Below are positions 34,986 to 48,459 of a DNA stretch of 64,000 nt, one piece after another. Positions within the stretch are counted from its first letter, which is position 1. Each line of letters begins with the position of its first letter. The translations under genes were made by a program, and so were the position numbers. The notes under the pieces are model-generated. The model ran no database searches and had not been told where the DNA came from. It was given only the letters and a program-made list of their open reading frames with translations. Source of the DNA: Octopus bimaculoides (lineage: Eukaryota); contig NC_068999.1 in assembly GCF_001194135.2 (NCBI RefSeq), positions 25,919,368 through 25,983,367 on the forward strand, read 5' to 3'.

Positions 34986-37900
34986 TCCCTAAATCTCTGA
35001 CCATATGAAGTGGGGGAGGGTCCTCTCTTCTAAAGCTAAGTACTCCCTCTACAAGAACCTGCTCACACTTCTTCTTTCATACTTTAACCCTTAGCATCAG
35101 AAAATGCATTCTGTCATAGAGACCTTGCCAAAATAGACACTGGAGCATGATGGACTGTCAAACCATCCAACCCATGGAACGTGGACATTAAATAATGAAG
35201 TTGATTGTAAATATAAGACAACTCTGGAATATTAGAGAAAATTCAACAGAATTATAGTACCAGTACCACCCACAACTATCTTTGTAGCATCTCCACAAAA
35301 ATAAAGATGTTCTGTAATAGGATTTCTTATAGTTCTTTCTCACAGTTCTTACACCTCAAATGTTCTGTAATATGAGAAATTTTGTTAGCACTCAAATATT
35401 AAGGAAAACCATTTGTCCATGTTAATTAGATTTCAACAATGAGTAATTTGTGAAGATACTGCTTTATGAAAACTGAAAAAAAACATCAACAAATTTAGCT
35501 TATTACATCTGTATTGTCTAGTAATCTCATTATTTTGTCACATAGATTGAATAAACCAGAATATAAATAATAGATTTGATTGGGATACGGTCAAGTACAT
35601 TAACAGTGCTAGCTTGTAGATGCTGGATAAAAGACTTAGTGTGTTCATAATAACAATAATGTTGATGTATAATAACCATCGTGTATATACTTAATATGAC
35701 TGTCTTAAAATATCATAACTGTAAAGTAAAATTGTTACAAATTAATCTATTCTTTATGCTGATTATTTTCCTCCTTTAAAGTGTTAAATTTACTATTACA
35801 ACTAAAATGTGGACTAATTTTTCATGATCACTTTCATATGAGTAAATAACAAGTTATGCTACCCCTATAATTGGGTATCCCTTGATAGTTCTGCATGCTA
35901 AAGAGCATAATAAGGGATGGAACAAGGAGCATTTTTATTTGTGGCTTTTCTGTTGTTAATTATGGTCATGCTGACTTTAAATTTAGAAGCTAAAACATAT
36001 GTTTCCTTTAAAGACTGTAAGAAGTAACACTGAAAAAGGTTTGGATGCCACATTGAGTAGATGTAACAACATCATGGCCTTGAAACACATTTAGCTGACT
36101 TTATATCCAAAAACAAACAAGCATAATAAAGAGAGTAATTTCTTCCTTTTAACAAAAGTAGGAAACCAGGTCAGCACAGAATTTTTACTTGCAATTCTAA
36201 ACATTATTTTATTTTTGAAAGCTTCAAATAAAATGTTACTTAAGTATCTTCAAAACACATCTAGACTTTGAAAATATCCTTCTGAGATAAACACTGCCAG
36301 TAATTATGAGAGTGGGGGGGGGCAGTCTTAAATAACATATTGAAAGTTTATTGACTTTAATGTTATTTATCTGATTTCATTTGAATTGTTAATGCATTTC
36401 AACTCTAAACAAAGAATTTTTTTTTATTCATCCATCTTTGGATACAAATTTGCCAGAGTTTATTGATGCAGCAAATATATTCCAAAGATAATAAGGCTGA
36501 ACTGCTTCCTGCTATCCCAAGAAAAAATGTTGAGTTATGTGGAATTTTAGGAGTATTAGCTACTTAATACTTATGTTGGTATATTGAAAACATTTTTGGG
36601 AAATAAGAGAAGCAACTAAATACTAAGCTGAGTATCTAGGAATATATATAAATTGTGTGTGTTGCTCAATTTTGCCTCTTAAACTTAAACTGCTGAATGA
36701 AAGTAGCTGAAGGCTGGTTATTAGAATATAATTACATGTGTAATTAAACTAAAATTCATTGAAATAATGTTAGAAGGTAACATATGTTACAATAATTACT
36801 AGAACACCAATATAGCAGAGGTTATGAATAAATAAATAGAAGTCATAACTAGATGTATTTTACCTTCTTATGAAATAAGGTCCCCGAAGGCCATAACAAG
36901 AGTTCAAAACCAGCTGTTCATGAGAACTGTTGTATATCAATGGCATAACTTTCAAACATTCAGCTATAGATCTAGAATTTGGTCAACCTAGCAAAACCAA
37001 AGGTTTAGTTAGCAAAAAATGAAATAGGGTGCTAATACCATCTGAGATCTGAGAAGTGGTTATACTTGATATGCAGAAATGAAGTTGGTAGAATTCTATG
37101 CTGTGTGCATAAAAGGTGCATTGGGGGTTTCAGACAGACTGACAGAAAAGTGCATTTCATAATAGAAATCTTTCAAATATCCAGAGGATCCCTTCTAGTT
37201 AATAGATTCTATCCTCTTCTTAAACAGAAATGAGGACGGTTGGGGCAAAATCTTAGTAGCAAGAGTAAGGACTAAGATTTTGTAGGTCAAGAAAATGCTT
37301 AAGTGGATCAATCACAAACTAATGTAGGTGATAATGAAAATAACAAAATAGTGGCCATTCACTGCTTGATTCCAAAGTATCCTTTTACAAACTTTATCTA
37401 CAACAGAGATCTATTTATGGAAGAAACTAGCAGAGATCCCCAGCATTGCCCATGTAACATGCAATTGAAGAATAAGACTTTTCTGTTATATTTTCTCTAA
37501 TGAACTGGAATACCTATGATTCAAATTTCATCAAAATTGCAGATGAGGGTTCTTTCCCTCTTTACATACCCTAAAAAAATTCAAATCATGACACATGTAT
37601 CCCATACTACAGATTTCAAAATTCCAGTCTTATGGAACTTGTTAAAAGGATTTTGCTCCTGAAAAATGGAGGTCATGGAGCTCTAAAATATGGGAGTTAA
37701 GGCCCCTATTGGGGGTGGGTGTATTAATGTCAACCAGAGAAATTGAATTGTTGAGAATCTTTTTGACTTGGGTGTTATATCTATTGTTTGAATTTCTTTG
37801 AAATAGGAAATATATGTATGTTCTCTGGGTTTGTAAAAGAGAGCAATGCTACTGGAAACCAAAAGACGAATGATCACAATAAGCAATCAGCTACCCTACC

Positions 37901-38456
37901 CTAGTCATTACTACTCCCCAATGTAGAATTCCTCACCATACAGGTGACAGGCACAGCCGTAAGATGCATTACGGATCTATAGCAATTGGAAGGGCGTGAC
38001 CCAACTGAAATAAACATTAACAACTGTGTGACGTGAGGGCTAAGGGGAAATGAAAGTGTCACCTCTGGAGTTTGCAACTGACCGATAGGTAACTGGACAG
38101 AATAAATTTACAATCTATAAATGTCTTTGAATAACCGGCCACTCATCTGGGAAGGCCTTGAAATCAATGTTACCACCTGGGGACTATGTGTGACCCAGTG
38201 ATAATAAAAAGACTGAAAGGAAATCTGCAAGGAAATAACTTTACTCAACACTTTGCAACTGAATCAGTGGAGGCAAGGATGCCTCTCATTTATTTGACAA
38301 TTTATGCACCACATTTCAGAAATCACAATGTAAGTATATCTTAAAGCAAACTCTTACACTGTTGTACCTTTGAATTACAAATATCGCTCATCTTTTGTGC
38401 TCGGGTGACCCTACAGCTTCGAAGAGTACAACTGTATTTGTCTTTGCTTAGATAAA

Positions 38457-39140
38457 ATGACTAAATTGTGGGTGTTAAGTCCCCATGAAGTAACTTCTAA
38501 GAAGATGAGATTTTAGAAATATTACTTCATTTGTGTCTAATATCTATGGTTAAAATTTCATCAACAGCAAAAATATATGAATTTTCATGGGGGTTATGGC
38601 CCTTGTGCATAGAATATAATTACNNNNNNNNNNCAACAGCAAAAATATATGAATTTTCATGGGGGTTATGGCCCTTGTGCATAGAATATAATTACCAAAT
38701 TTCATAAAGATCCATTCAATACTTTTGACCTAGTTTTGGATCATAACAAATGACTAAAATTTGGGGGTCTTAGAATCCTCATGAGAAGTGGAAAGTTTGA
38801 GAATACATCTTGATGTGTGTCAATTACCCATGGTTGAAATTTCATCAACATCGAAAATTTATGAATTTTCATGGAAGCTCTTCCCCCTTTAAACCATCTC
38901 AAATTCAAACCAAACATACTGCATTATACCTGCCCTTATGCATTGAATCTAAGTTCCAAATATCATAAGAATCCATTCAGTAATTTTGGTCCATGAAATT
39001 GTATGAAACACACAGCATTACCCTTCTCCCTAGGCTTGGATTTTGTGTTCCAAATTTCATTAGGATCTGTGCAGTAGTTTTCGAATGTATAAATAACACA
39101 TGAACACACATAAAGACATTAACTTTTATATAATAGATAT
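38457..39140 (+). mobile_element. Helentron/DINE-like non-autonomous element with internal tandem units
   Basis: Repeated aaatgactaaa.t.ggg...ccatg..gaaatttcatcaaca and ccaaatttcat...gatcc units. 3' end acacataaagacattaacttttatataatagat. Confidence 0.55.
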
Positions 39141-39166
39141 GAATATACACATATACATACATATAG

Positions 39167-39213
<47 letters not shown>

Positions 39214-39267
39214 AAAGATAGATTGCTAGATACAACTGAGTGGGCAAAGAAAAGTATGAGACACTGC

Positions 39268-39582
39268 CTAGTGCTTTTTTTTTTTATTTCGATAAGCCTG
39301 GTACTTATTCTATCAGTTTCTTCTTGTCAAACCAGTAAGTTATGGGGATGTAAATAAACCACCAGCAGTTGTCAAGGAGTGATGAGGGAGAAACACAGAG
39401 ACAAAGACACAAACATACACTTACATATATATATACAATTGATTTCTTTCAGTTTCTGTCTATAAAATCCATTCGCAAGGCTTTAGTTGGTGTGAGGCTA
39501 TAGCAGAAGTCACCACACAGTGGGACTGAACCCAGGACCATGTGTTTTGGAACCAAGTTTCTTACTACACAGTCACACCTGC
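39268..39582 (-). mobile_element. SINE family A with internal deletion
   Basis: The reverse complement has the head (gggttcagtccc), central (TG/TA) tract and 3' half. Confidence 0.78.
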
Positions 39583-39671
39583 ACCTATGTATGTGTGTGT
39601 GTGTGTATGAGTGTATATATGTATGCATGTATATATGTGTATATATATGTGTACATAAAAAAAAAAAAACT

Positions 39672-39902
39672 TCAACCAGCTATTCTGATTATATGTCTGT
39701 GCACACGTTTGAATGTGGCGTGTGTCAGAGGGTTTGCAAATCCAATGGGGGTCTTAAAAGACATGTTAGGATCCACAATGAGCAGAACTTACTTGCAGGT
39801 ATTGGTAGTGCAAATCAGAGGTGCAATCTGTGTGGGTGTTTTTTCAAAACACTGTCTGGTTTAAAAAGCCACATCAGACGCCATGAAAGGGCTAAGGTGT
39901 AG
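39672..39902 (+). other. Two C2H2 zinc fingers followed by a stop: probable LINE C-terminal fragment, or an exon of a ZNF gene
   Basis: FECGVCQRVCKSNGGLKRHVRIH-(15 aa)-RCNLCGCFFKTLSGLKSHIRRH...AKV*. No TGEKP linker, preceded by an A-run and followed by a gap. Confidence 0.6.
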
Positions 39903-40539
39903 GTGCAGGAGGTNNNNNNNNNNNNNNNNNNNNNNNNNNNNNNNNNNNNNNNNNNNNNNNNNNNNNNNNNNNNNNNNNNNNNNNNNNNNNNNNNNNNNNN
40001 NNNNNNNNNNNNNNNNNNNNNNNNNNNNNNNNNNNNNNNNNNNNNNNNNNNNNNNNNNNNNNNNNNNNNNNNNNNNNNNNNNNNNNNNNNNNNNNNNNNN
40101 NNNNNNNNNNNNNNNNNNNNNNNNNNNNNNNNNNNNNNNNNNNNNNNNNNNNNNNNNNNNNNNNNNNNNNNNNNNNNNNNNNNNNNNNNNNNNNNNNNNN
40201 NNNNNNNNNNNNNNNNNNNNNNNNNNNNNNNNNNNNNNNNNNNNNNNNNNNNNNNNNNNNNNNNNNNNNNNNNNNNNNNNNNNNNNNNNNNNNNNNNNNN
40301 NNNNNNNNNNNNNNNNNNNNNNNNNNNNNNNNNNNNNNNNNNNNNNNNNNNNNNNNNNNNNNNNNNNNNNNNNNNNNNNNNNNNNNNNNNNNNNNNNNNN
40401 NNNNNNNNNNNNNNNNNNNNNNNNNNNNNNNNNNNNNNNNATATATATATGTATATATGTATGTATTCCTGTATATATCTGAGATAATAGTTTCACTTTA
40501 ATAGTTTCAGTATTAAAGTGAAACTATTAAAGTGAAACT

Positions 40540-40808
40540 ATTAAAGTGAAAATGTCTGACATTACAATAGAGAGATGCTATTGTTTCACTTTTGACACGT
40601 AATACTGCAATAGTGGAGGAGATGTGATACTGCACTGGGCTCGCACTAGGCAAGAAGTTAAGAAATTTTTTGCCTAAAACACCACATGGACCCTAAGTAA
40701 GGCATGTGTAAAATTTGAATGAAATTGGTTGTGTAGTTTTCAGGTTTTAGGCATTCATACAGACAGACACACACACACACACACATTCTCATCTTTATAT
40801 ATATAGAT
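40540..40808 (+). mobile_element. Helentron/DINE-like 3' portion
   Basis: gtgtaaaatttgaatgaaattgg...acagacagacacacacac...ctttatatatatagat. Confidence 0.5.
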
Positions 40809-40854
40809 GATCATGAGATTGCACCTAGAAAGTTACCCTCCAAGGCATAAATCT

Positions 40855-41122
40855 GGGCAAGGTTGTTTTGTGGAAGACCAGTAGTTGCCCATGCATACCA
40901 GTCTCCCCTCTTCACACCACTGACATTGTCCAAGGGAAAGGCAAGTATTGATACAGCTAGGCATTAGTGACATCGCAAGTCATTGCTACAGTTGAATGAA
41001 CTGGAGTATCCTGAAATAAAGTGTCTTGCTCAAGAACACAATGCACACACCAGTCCTGGAATTGAACTCACAACCTCATGATTATGAGCCCAACACTCTA
41101 CCCACTGCGCCATTTGCCTTCA
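40855..41122 (-). mobile_element. tRNA-derived SINE (family B)
   Basis: Reverse complement tggcgcagtgggtagagtgttgggctcataatcatgaggttgtgagttcaattcc (A and B boxes) followed by gtgttcttgagcaagacact. Confidence 0.75.
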
Positions 41123-41699
41123 CATGTGATACACAAATTACATAAAACTACAGCAGAATGTGAACTGCAATAATTTTAATTCCTAAAATATAACAGCTAG
41201 AATACACTCAAGTATTTTGAGATCAGTTGTTTATAAATAAGAAGTACTGACTAAATTTCCAGAATCTTTATATTTATATCAAATCAAACATTAAATTTTG
41301 CTGCATTTCAATAATGTTTTAATCAATATCAGAAAATAATATATCCAGTTAACAAAATTATTTAATTATCCAATATGCAAATAAGCAGTAACAGCTATAT
41401 TTTTCAGGCATCTTTGACCTCTTTTTCATTCATTTAAGAACACAAAATATCTTTCTTGAAATATGATGGTGGTAGTAAAATGTTAATAGTGACTTAGTCG
41501 TAGTAGTAGCAGTAGTAGATGTTATTATTGCTTTGTAATGAGAAACAATTGTTTAATTTAGTTCAAACATTCAACTTTTGTATTCAAACTACAAGTGTGC
41601 GTTCATTTTTATTGTAAATAATAGCAGCCAAATTTCAGTCAAAGTATCCCATGATGCTCTTTAATGTGAAGTAACAATAATGATTTCATAACATTTGCC

Positions 41700-42400
41700 A
41701 GCATTTCAAAAATGCAGTCTCTCTACTACTTGCCAGTTCCTTGCTGAGTGACAAGGAAATCCAAGTAATGGAACCATAAACTGATGTTGGACAGCTGCTA
41801 CTCACATGCTTGTTCAGTTTGACTTCTTAGTGTGTAACTGTGAAAATCATTTATTCATCAATGGATGTGGAGCTTTCATTGGCCAGATTCTTCAATATCA
41901 ACCTTGTAGCCATCACCAAGAGAACACTCTTTAGTGGTTTGATCAATTTCTTGTACAGCACAGTCTTCCAGGTATGACTATATTTAGTTGAAATGAAGTC
42001 AGTTTGACCATCTGGGTATCTGATATGGACATAGTAACAAATAGTATCAATCAGTTAAACTTGATTGACCTTTGGTTCACATTTTGTTTTAGGGATTAAA
42101 TTGTCTAAACAAAATGTCTCTGGATTCAAAAAGCCATCCAGTTAGATAATATTCCAGTGACTTGCAACACCAGCTGTTAAAATAGTCTTTGATGATACAT
42201 CAGTTTAGTTGCAGTATAAAGAAAAGACTCACATGGAGAGATTCCCCTAAAATTTCACTCCTTCATTTTAATGGCAGTTCCCTTAAATAAAGAGCAAGTA
42301 TTACTGTTCTCCATAGAGTTCTATTTAGACATTCTGAAGTTGATAGTAGTTGTTCACATGGTTGTATGGACTTGATAAGTTTGGCAGAAGGAGGTTAATA
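41700..42400 (-). mobile_element. Possible ancient hAT transposase remnant
   Basis: Weak motif echoes only: LALYLRELPLK (cf. LA..LAFRG) and LANESSTSIDE*MIF (cf. DETTD.S..EQ). Many stops. Confidence 0.3.
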
Positions 42401-44359
42401 GAATTGTGTTTGCTATTCTAAGAATGTAACACATCACAATGGCAATTTCTTGGATCTGACATAATGTCATAAGTGAGTCACTCCAAGTAACACAAAAGCT
42501 TATATAAATCCAGGATTCCAGGAGATGTTATAGAGGAGCATCTGGTAAAAACAGCAGCTGCATTATAATTTATCAGGTTTTTGTTAGATGTCAGAGTGAC
42601 TATTCAATGTGCCTAAGAAGATTCTAATACATCATTTACACCTACATTTGTGACTAAAAATAAATGTAATTGCTTGTGGATCAGTCTGCAATATAAGATA
42701 ACCATGAAAAATATTAAGTTCCTAAAACTTTCTATGTTAGCCATAATCTCCTTTTCAAATGATGAGAAGATATTTTATTCAGTATGAGGAAGAGTTTTTG
42801 AAGCAGAAGGCATGAGGTTTGTTTCACTGTGAAAGTAAACCTAAAATTTTATTTTTAGTTTCAGCATGAGTTGAAACTTTAGTTAAAGTAGATAAGAGAG
42901 AAACATTAACTTTATGTCCTGGGCTCAAATCCTGCTGGTGTCGACTTTGTCTTTCATCCTTTCAGGGTCAATAAAATAAGTACCAGTTGAGGGCTGGGGG
43001 TTAACATGATCAACTTATCCCTATCCCCTGATAAATAGTATCTAGGTATTCTTTTTGTAATGGGAAAGTAGGAGTTGATAGGGGGTTGAATATATTCCGA
43101 AAATGGAATTTAACCAATTACAATTATGTCAACAAGAGTGTCTCTGTGTGGTTATTTAACCTGCTGGACATAACTGCCAAATCTTTGTTAGATCATAATC
43201 TACCATATTTAAAAAATAAAAGGCACACTAGACAATGACATCCTGAATAAATAATCACAGCCACTGTTAAACAGGTCTATTTCATCAGAGCTCACCTGGA
43301 GCTAAACAACAATAATTAAAATTTCTATAATGATTTTTGTCAAATTTGTCTGTAACATAACTTCCAGTTTTCTCTTTCCTATGTATAACTATGCATGTAT
43401 GCATGCATCCATGCATATATGTAAGTAAGTTCGCTATCTGTCCATGTATTTACCCAAAAGAAGACTTAGTTACTCATAAATTCAGCCAGTTAACACAATG
43501 AAGACTCCCTAACTAGAGCATTGTTGATGTTGTTGTTTAACCTGAGATCAGCCCTCACTGAGTGGAACTAGTATCAAAGGCTTTGCTGCTGTAAATATTT
43601 CTATCTTGTTACTATCATGTCCTTCCTCTTTTTTTTTAAAGATTGTATGCTGTGACTTGAGGGAGGTTTGGTTGTTATTACTATTAGATTAGGGACTTCC
43701 TTGTTTGTTTGACTAAAATATAGTTAAATCCAGAGGAGCATTACTTCAATTTTCCGAGGAAGATGTGACAATGGTTGAAACTATGACAGAAGAATAAATA
43801 TTGCACCAACTATTTAAGGTTACAACCCAAACATCTGACCTGAAAATTGGGGGCACAAATGAATATTTGCTACCAATGTATTGTAAGCTATGAATATATG
43901 TTTCTAGGTTAACATATAAAATCAAATTATGTAAAATAGTTCCTGACAGTTTTAAAAGGAAACAGACAAAATTGAAAGATGATGGAGCTACATAAATGGA
44001 CAAATAGATTTTTAAGTGGAAATATAAAATGAATAATAGAATCTGCAGGGAAAACATATGAATAACTCAAATAAGACATGAGAATTGTGAAGAAAAATAG
44101 TGTAGTTGGAAGTAGGTGACAGCTACACAGTAGCTCCCCTAATTAAAACAACTTGGTTGAATGTTACTAGGTGAAAATGAACATCTAGTTCCTATTAATT
44201 TAGAATCTTTGCTTACTTTCTTGTCATGGCCTTGAAAGTGACAGCTGAAACATAAAATGGATGCTTCAAAATTTCTAAGCCTTTTATGTTAATTCAAGAG
44301 CTGTTTTCTTTATAAATGTGTTTGTGTATGTGTATTTGTGCATGTGTGTTTCAGTGTCT

Positions 44360-44752
44360 GTGGAGGCGCAATGGCCCAGTGGTTAGGGCAGCGGACTCGC
44401 GGTCATAGGATCGCGGTTTCGATTCACAGACCGGGCGTTGTGAGTGTTTATTGAGTGAAAACACCTAAAACTCCACAAGGCTCCGGCAGGGGATAGTGGT
44501 GAACCCTGCTGTACTCTTCCACCACAACTTTCTCTCACTCTTACTTCCTGTTTCTGTTGTGCCTGTAATTCAAAGGGTCAGCCTTGTCACACTGTGTCAC
44601 GCTGAATATCCCCGAGAACTACATTAAGGGTACACGTGTCTGTGGAGTACTCAGCCACTTGCACGTTAATTTCACGAGCAGGCTGTTCCGTTGATCAGAT
44701 CAACTGGAACCCTCGACGTCGTAAGCGATGGAGTGCCAACAACAACAACAAC
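44360..44752 (+). mobile_element. OR-type tRNA(Arg)-like SINE, second copy with 12-bp TSD
   Basis: Full length with (AAC)n tail. TSD gtttcagtgtct at 44348-44359 and 44753-44764. Confidence 0.9.
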
Positions 44753-44824
44753 GTTTCAGTGTCTATGTTTGTGCACCGTGTGTATCTGTATGTGTATGAG
44801 AGGGTGTGTGTGTGTAATAAAGCA

Positions 44825-45043
44825 AATATTGATTTCAAATTTTGGCACAAAGCCAGGGGATGGGGATAAGTTGATCGCATCGCCCCCAGCCCTCAACTGG
44901 TACTTATTTTATTGACCCTGAAAGAATGAAGGACAAAGTCGACCCTAGCAGAATTTGAGCTCAGGGTGTAAACATAAACACGGACAAAGTGCTGCTAAAC
45001 ATTTTCCCCAGTGTACTAACAATTCTACCAGCTTGCCGCCTTA
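44825..45043 (-). mobile_element. SINE family D
   Basis: Homologous to 17890-18105. Further copies occur at about 42905-43030, 53070-53245, 53300-53500 and 56397-56605. Confidence 0.75.
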
Positions 45044-45188
45044 AACAATACAAATACTGTCAAGTCTTTTTGTGATGATATGAGAGCATGTTGTAATTGA
45101 TGAAAGACACTCAGATACTATTTTCACCGTTTTCAATCAGTGGTGATGTAAAATGGGAGACTGTTACTCCTCCTACTCTATTTACTAA

Positions 45189-45450
45189 TCATCATCATCA
45201 TCATCATCATTTAATGTCCGCTTTCCATGCTAGCATGGGTTGGACGATTTGACTGAGGACTGGCAAACCAGATAGCTGCACCAGGCTCCAATCTGATCTG
45301 GCAGAGTTTCTACAGCTGGATGCCCTGGACGCCAACCACTCCGAGAGTGTAGTGGGTGCTTTTACGTGCCACCGGCATGAGAGCCAGTCAGGCGGTACTG
45401 GCAAGGGCCACACTCAAATGATGTTTTTTACGTGCCACCTGCACAGGAGC
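45189..45450 (-). mobile_element. RTE-type 3' tail repeat
   Basis: (ATC)n followed by the reverse complement of the family C tail. Confidence 0.85.
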
Positions 45451-47517
45451 CAGTCCTATAGCTTTATTTTTCAATTGCTCTTTGAGTATTTATATACACT
45501 ACGACACAACTCAAATGGAGCAATTCTAAATCACAGAGTTTTGCATCTGTGGTGAGAGACCTTTTGTCCAAATTCTTATGGAAAAAATTTCATGTGACCT
45601 AATCGGCCTTACCAGAAATCTTGATAAAACTATTATTCTTTATCAGCCTGCCCTGGAAAGCTTTGGTGTGGATTCTAAAAAAACCGTATATGACAATACT
45701 TTGTAAAACAGATTTTCCCTCGAATATCCAGGCATCATATTAAACAGGAAATACAGCTGTTAAGTGCGCATGCATGCATGCACATGTGTGTGTTTTTTTT
45801 AAGTTTTCAAAAGCACTATGACAGTTCAGAATATGAGTCAAGTTAGTTTAGCTTTCAATGTAGTTCAATGATATGGAGCATTGCAGGAAAAAGCTGACAG
45901 GCGTTTACAAGGCTGTATGTGTAGAGATAAGGACTACTCCAGAGTCTTCAGAGACTAATTTACACTGCAAAACTAGTTTCTTTTAACATGGTATTTATTG
46001 AATGATAACTAGTTTGTGTTAGTAGTATACATCAAAGTTTTTATTGTCATAGAACATGAGAGTACAAAAAAACAGGGATTCACAAATGGAGAAAGGTGCT
46101 AAGTATTTTGAGAAGAGTACATGATAAAAAATGGTGTATAGAGGTAGCAATAATTGGATAGTAGTGTTGAAAGTTGATTCTTAATTAGTACATTATTTAT
46201 AAAGACGTATTTTATTTTTTTAACAATATAAATTGTTTACTAAATATTGGTGTGAGTATGTTAAGTACAGGCTGTACTATTTATGTGCTAATTATTTAGT
46301 GAAAGCTTAAGTGGCCATTCTGTGATGGTGCTGGTGGAGGTGGTGATGGTGATAGGAGTAGTGATAGTGGTGGTGGTGATGGTGGTAGGAATAGTGATAG
46401 TAGTAGTCGTGGTGGTGATGGTTGAGGTATTGGTGACAGTGGTCAGTCATGGTGGTTGTAATGACAGTGATGGTTGTGATAGCTGTGTTGTTGACATTGT
46501 TGTTAGTGGAGTGATTGGTAGTTGTGCTGTGCTGCTTGAGTTAGTAGTGATGGTAGTCCTCATAGGGGTGGTTAGAGTATTGGCAACGGTGTTGTGGTCG
46601 GTGTCTTAGCTGCTGATCAATTCTAATTGAACAGACCTATGATCAAGGGCATTCTAATCGTGACCATCCCATCTTTTTCATGCAGGAAACCACAACATTA
46701 TCCAGCTCGTCTATTCTTAATAGTGGTTGGGTGTAAATGTGTGTGCATGTATTTATAGTGTATTTATATGTGTGTAAATGTGTTTATATGCAAATGTACA
46801 GATGGGTGGTGTTAGTGTATATATTCTCATGTGTAGATAAGTAGATGAGCAGATTAATAAATATATAGGGAAACAGGTATATAATATAGTATAATATGAC
46901 AATATAATATGATATTTAAAATTTAAATGCTCTCTGCAAGAAGCATGCATCTCATTGAAAGGGCTCTGAAGAAGCTATAAGAAGTTGCACAAACATTCAG
47001 CTCCAAGTATAATGCTTCTTATAGCAGAAATAGCAGTGAGCTAATGAAAGTGATTATGTCACTTCTGTTCTTTTATCATTCATCATTAACTGATATATAC
47101 ATATATATACATACTATGTGTGTGTATATATGTTTCCTTTTAGATTAAATCATTATATAATTGCAAAGATTCATTTGAATCATTGAAAAAAACTGTAGGA
47201 AATGAAATATTTAAAATGTCAGTGGTATTTTTGTCTTCTATTTTTTGTATATATGTAAGTAAATAGGCATGTGTGTGTGTGTGTGTGTGTGCATCTCCTT
47301 ATCTTGACATCATGAGTTATGTGCAGGAAAATGTCACCATCATACAAACTGTGTCATACACATGCGATCTTCTACAAAATCTTGCCCAACCATTGCGCTG
47401 TTTGTGTTTGAAGCATTGGGAGAAAATATTACTTTCATGGATCTGGCCATAGAAAATATACTTCATCAAATTTTGTCAAATTCTTATAATTATAGCAAAG
47501 TGATAAGGATGAGGATG

Positions 47518-47548
<31 letters not shown>

Positions 47549-48459
47549 NNNNNNNNNNNNNNNNNNNNNNNNNNNNNNNNNNNNNNNNNNNNNNNNNNNN
47601 NNNNNNNNNNNNNNNNNNNNNNNNNNNNNNNNNNNNNNNNNNNNNNNNNNNNNNNNNNNNNNNNNNNNNNNNNNNNNNNNNNNNNNNNNNNNNNNNNNNN
47701 NNNNNNNNNNNNNNNNNNNNNNNNNNNNNNNNNNNNNNNNNNNNNNNNNNNNNNNNNNNNNNNNNNNNNNNNNNNNNNNNNNNNNNNNNNNNNNNNNNNN
47801 NNNNNNNNNNNNNNNNNNNNNNNNNNNNNNNNNNNNNNNNNNNNNNNNNNNNNNNNNNNNNNNNNNNNNNNNNNNNNNNNNNNNNNNNNNNNNNNNNNNN
47901 NNNNNNNNNNNNNNNNNNNNNNNNNNNNNNNNNNNNNNNNNNNNNNNNNNNNNNNNNNNNNNNNNNNNNNNNNNNNNNNNNNNNNNNNNNNNNNNNNNNN
48001 NNNNNNNNNNNNNNNNNNNNNNNNNNNNNNNNNNNNNNNNNNNNNNNNNNNNNNNNNNNNNNNNNNNNNNNNNNNNNNNNNNNNNNNNNNNNNNNNNNNN
48101 NNNCTCTGCGCAACAGAAACACGTCAGTCATAAAACCAAATAATTATGCTGTATGACCAACTTTAAAATTAAACTAAAATTTGTTGATGTACCAGTCTCT
48201 ATATTCTTTATAATTGTTTGAAACATATATATATAAACACATACATATTTACGTATATGTATATTTGTGTTTATCTTTGATTTTCTTCTCCTTTGCTCTG
48301 TACCTTATAACTAGCAATACTACTCAGTATAAAAGTTATGACAACTCTAGAGAAAGTAAACTGGATGATGCAAACCTACATGGAGTTCTAAACATAATAA
48401 TAGCAGTCATATATCTACTTGTACACACAATTTCTACTATATATATATATATATATATA

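Noticed and set aside
46322-46609. Val-rich 95-aa ORF and the many [12 protein letters not shown] ORFs
   Set aside because: These are translations of simple repeats.
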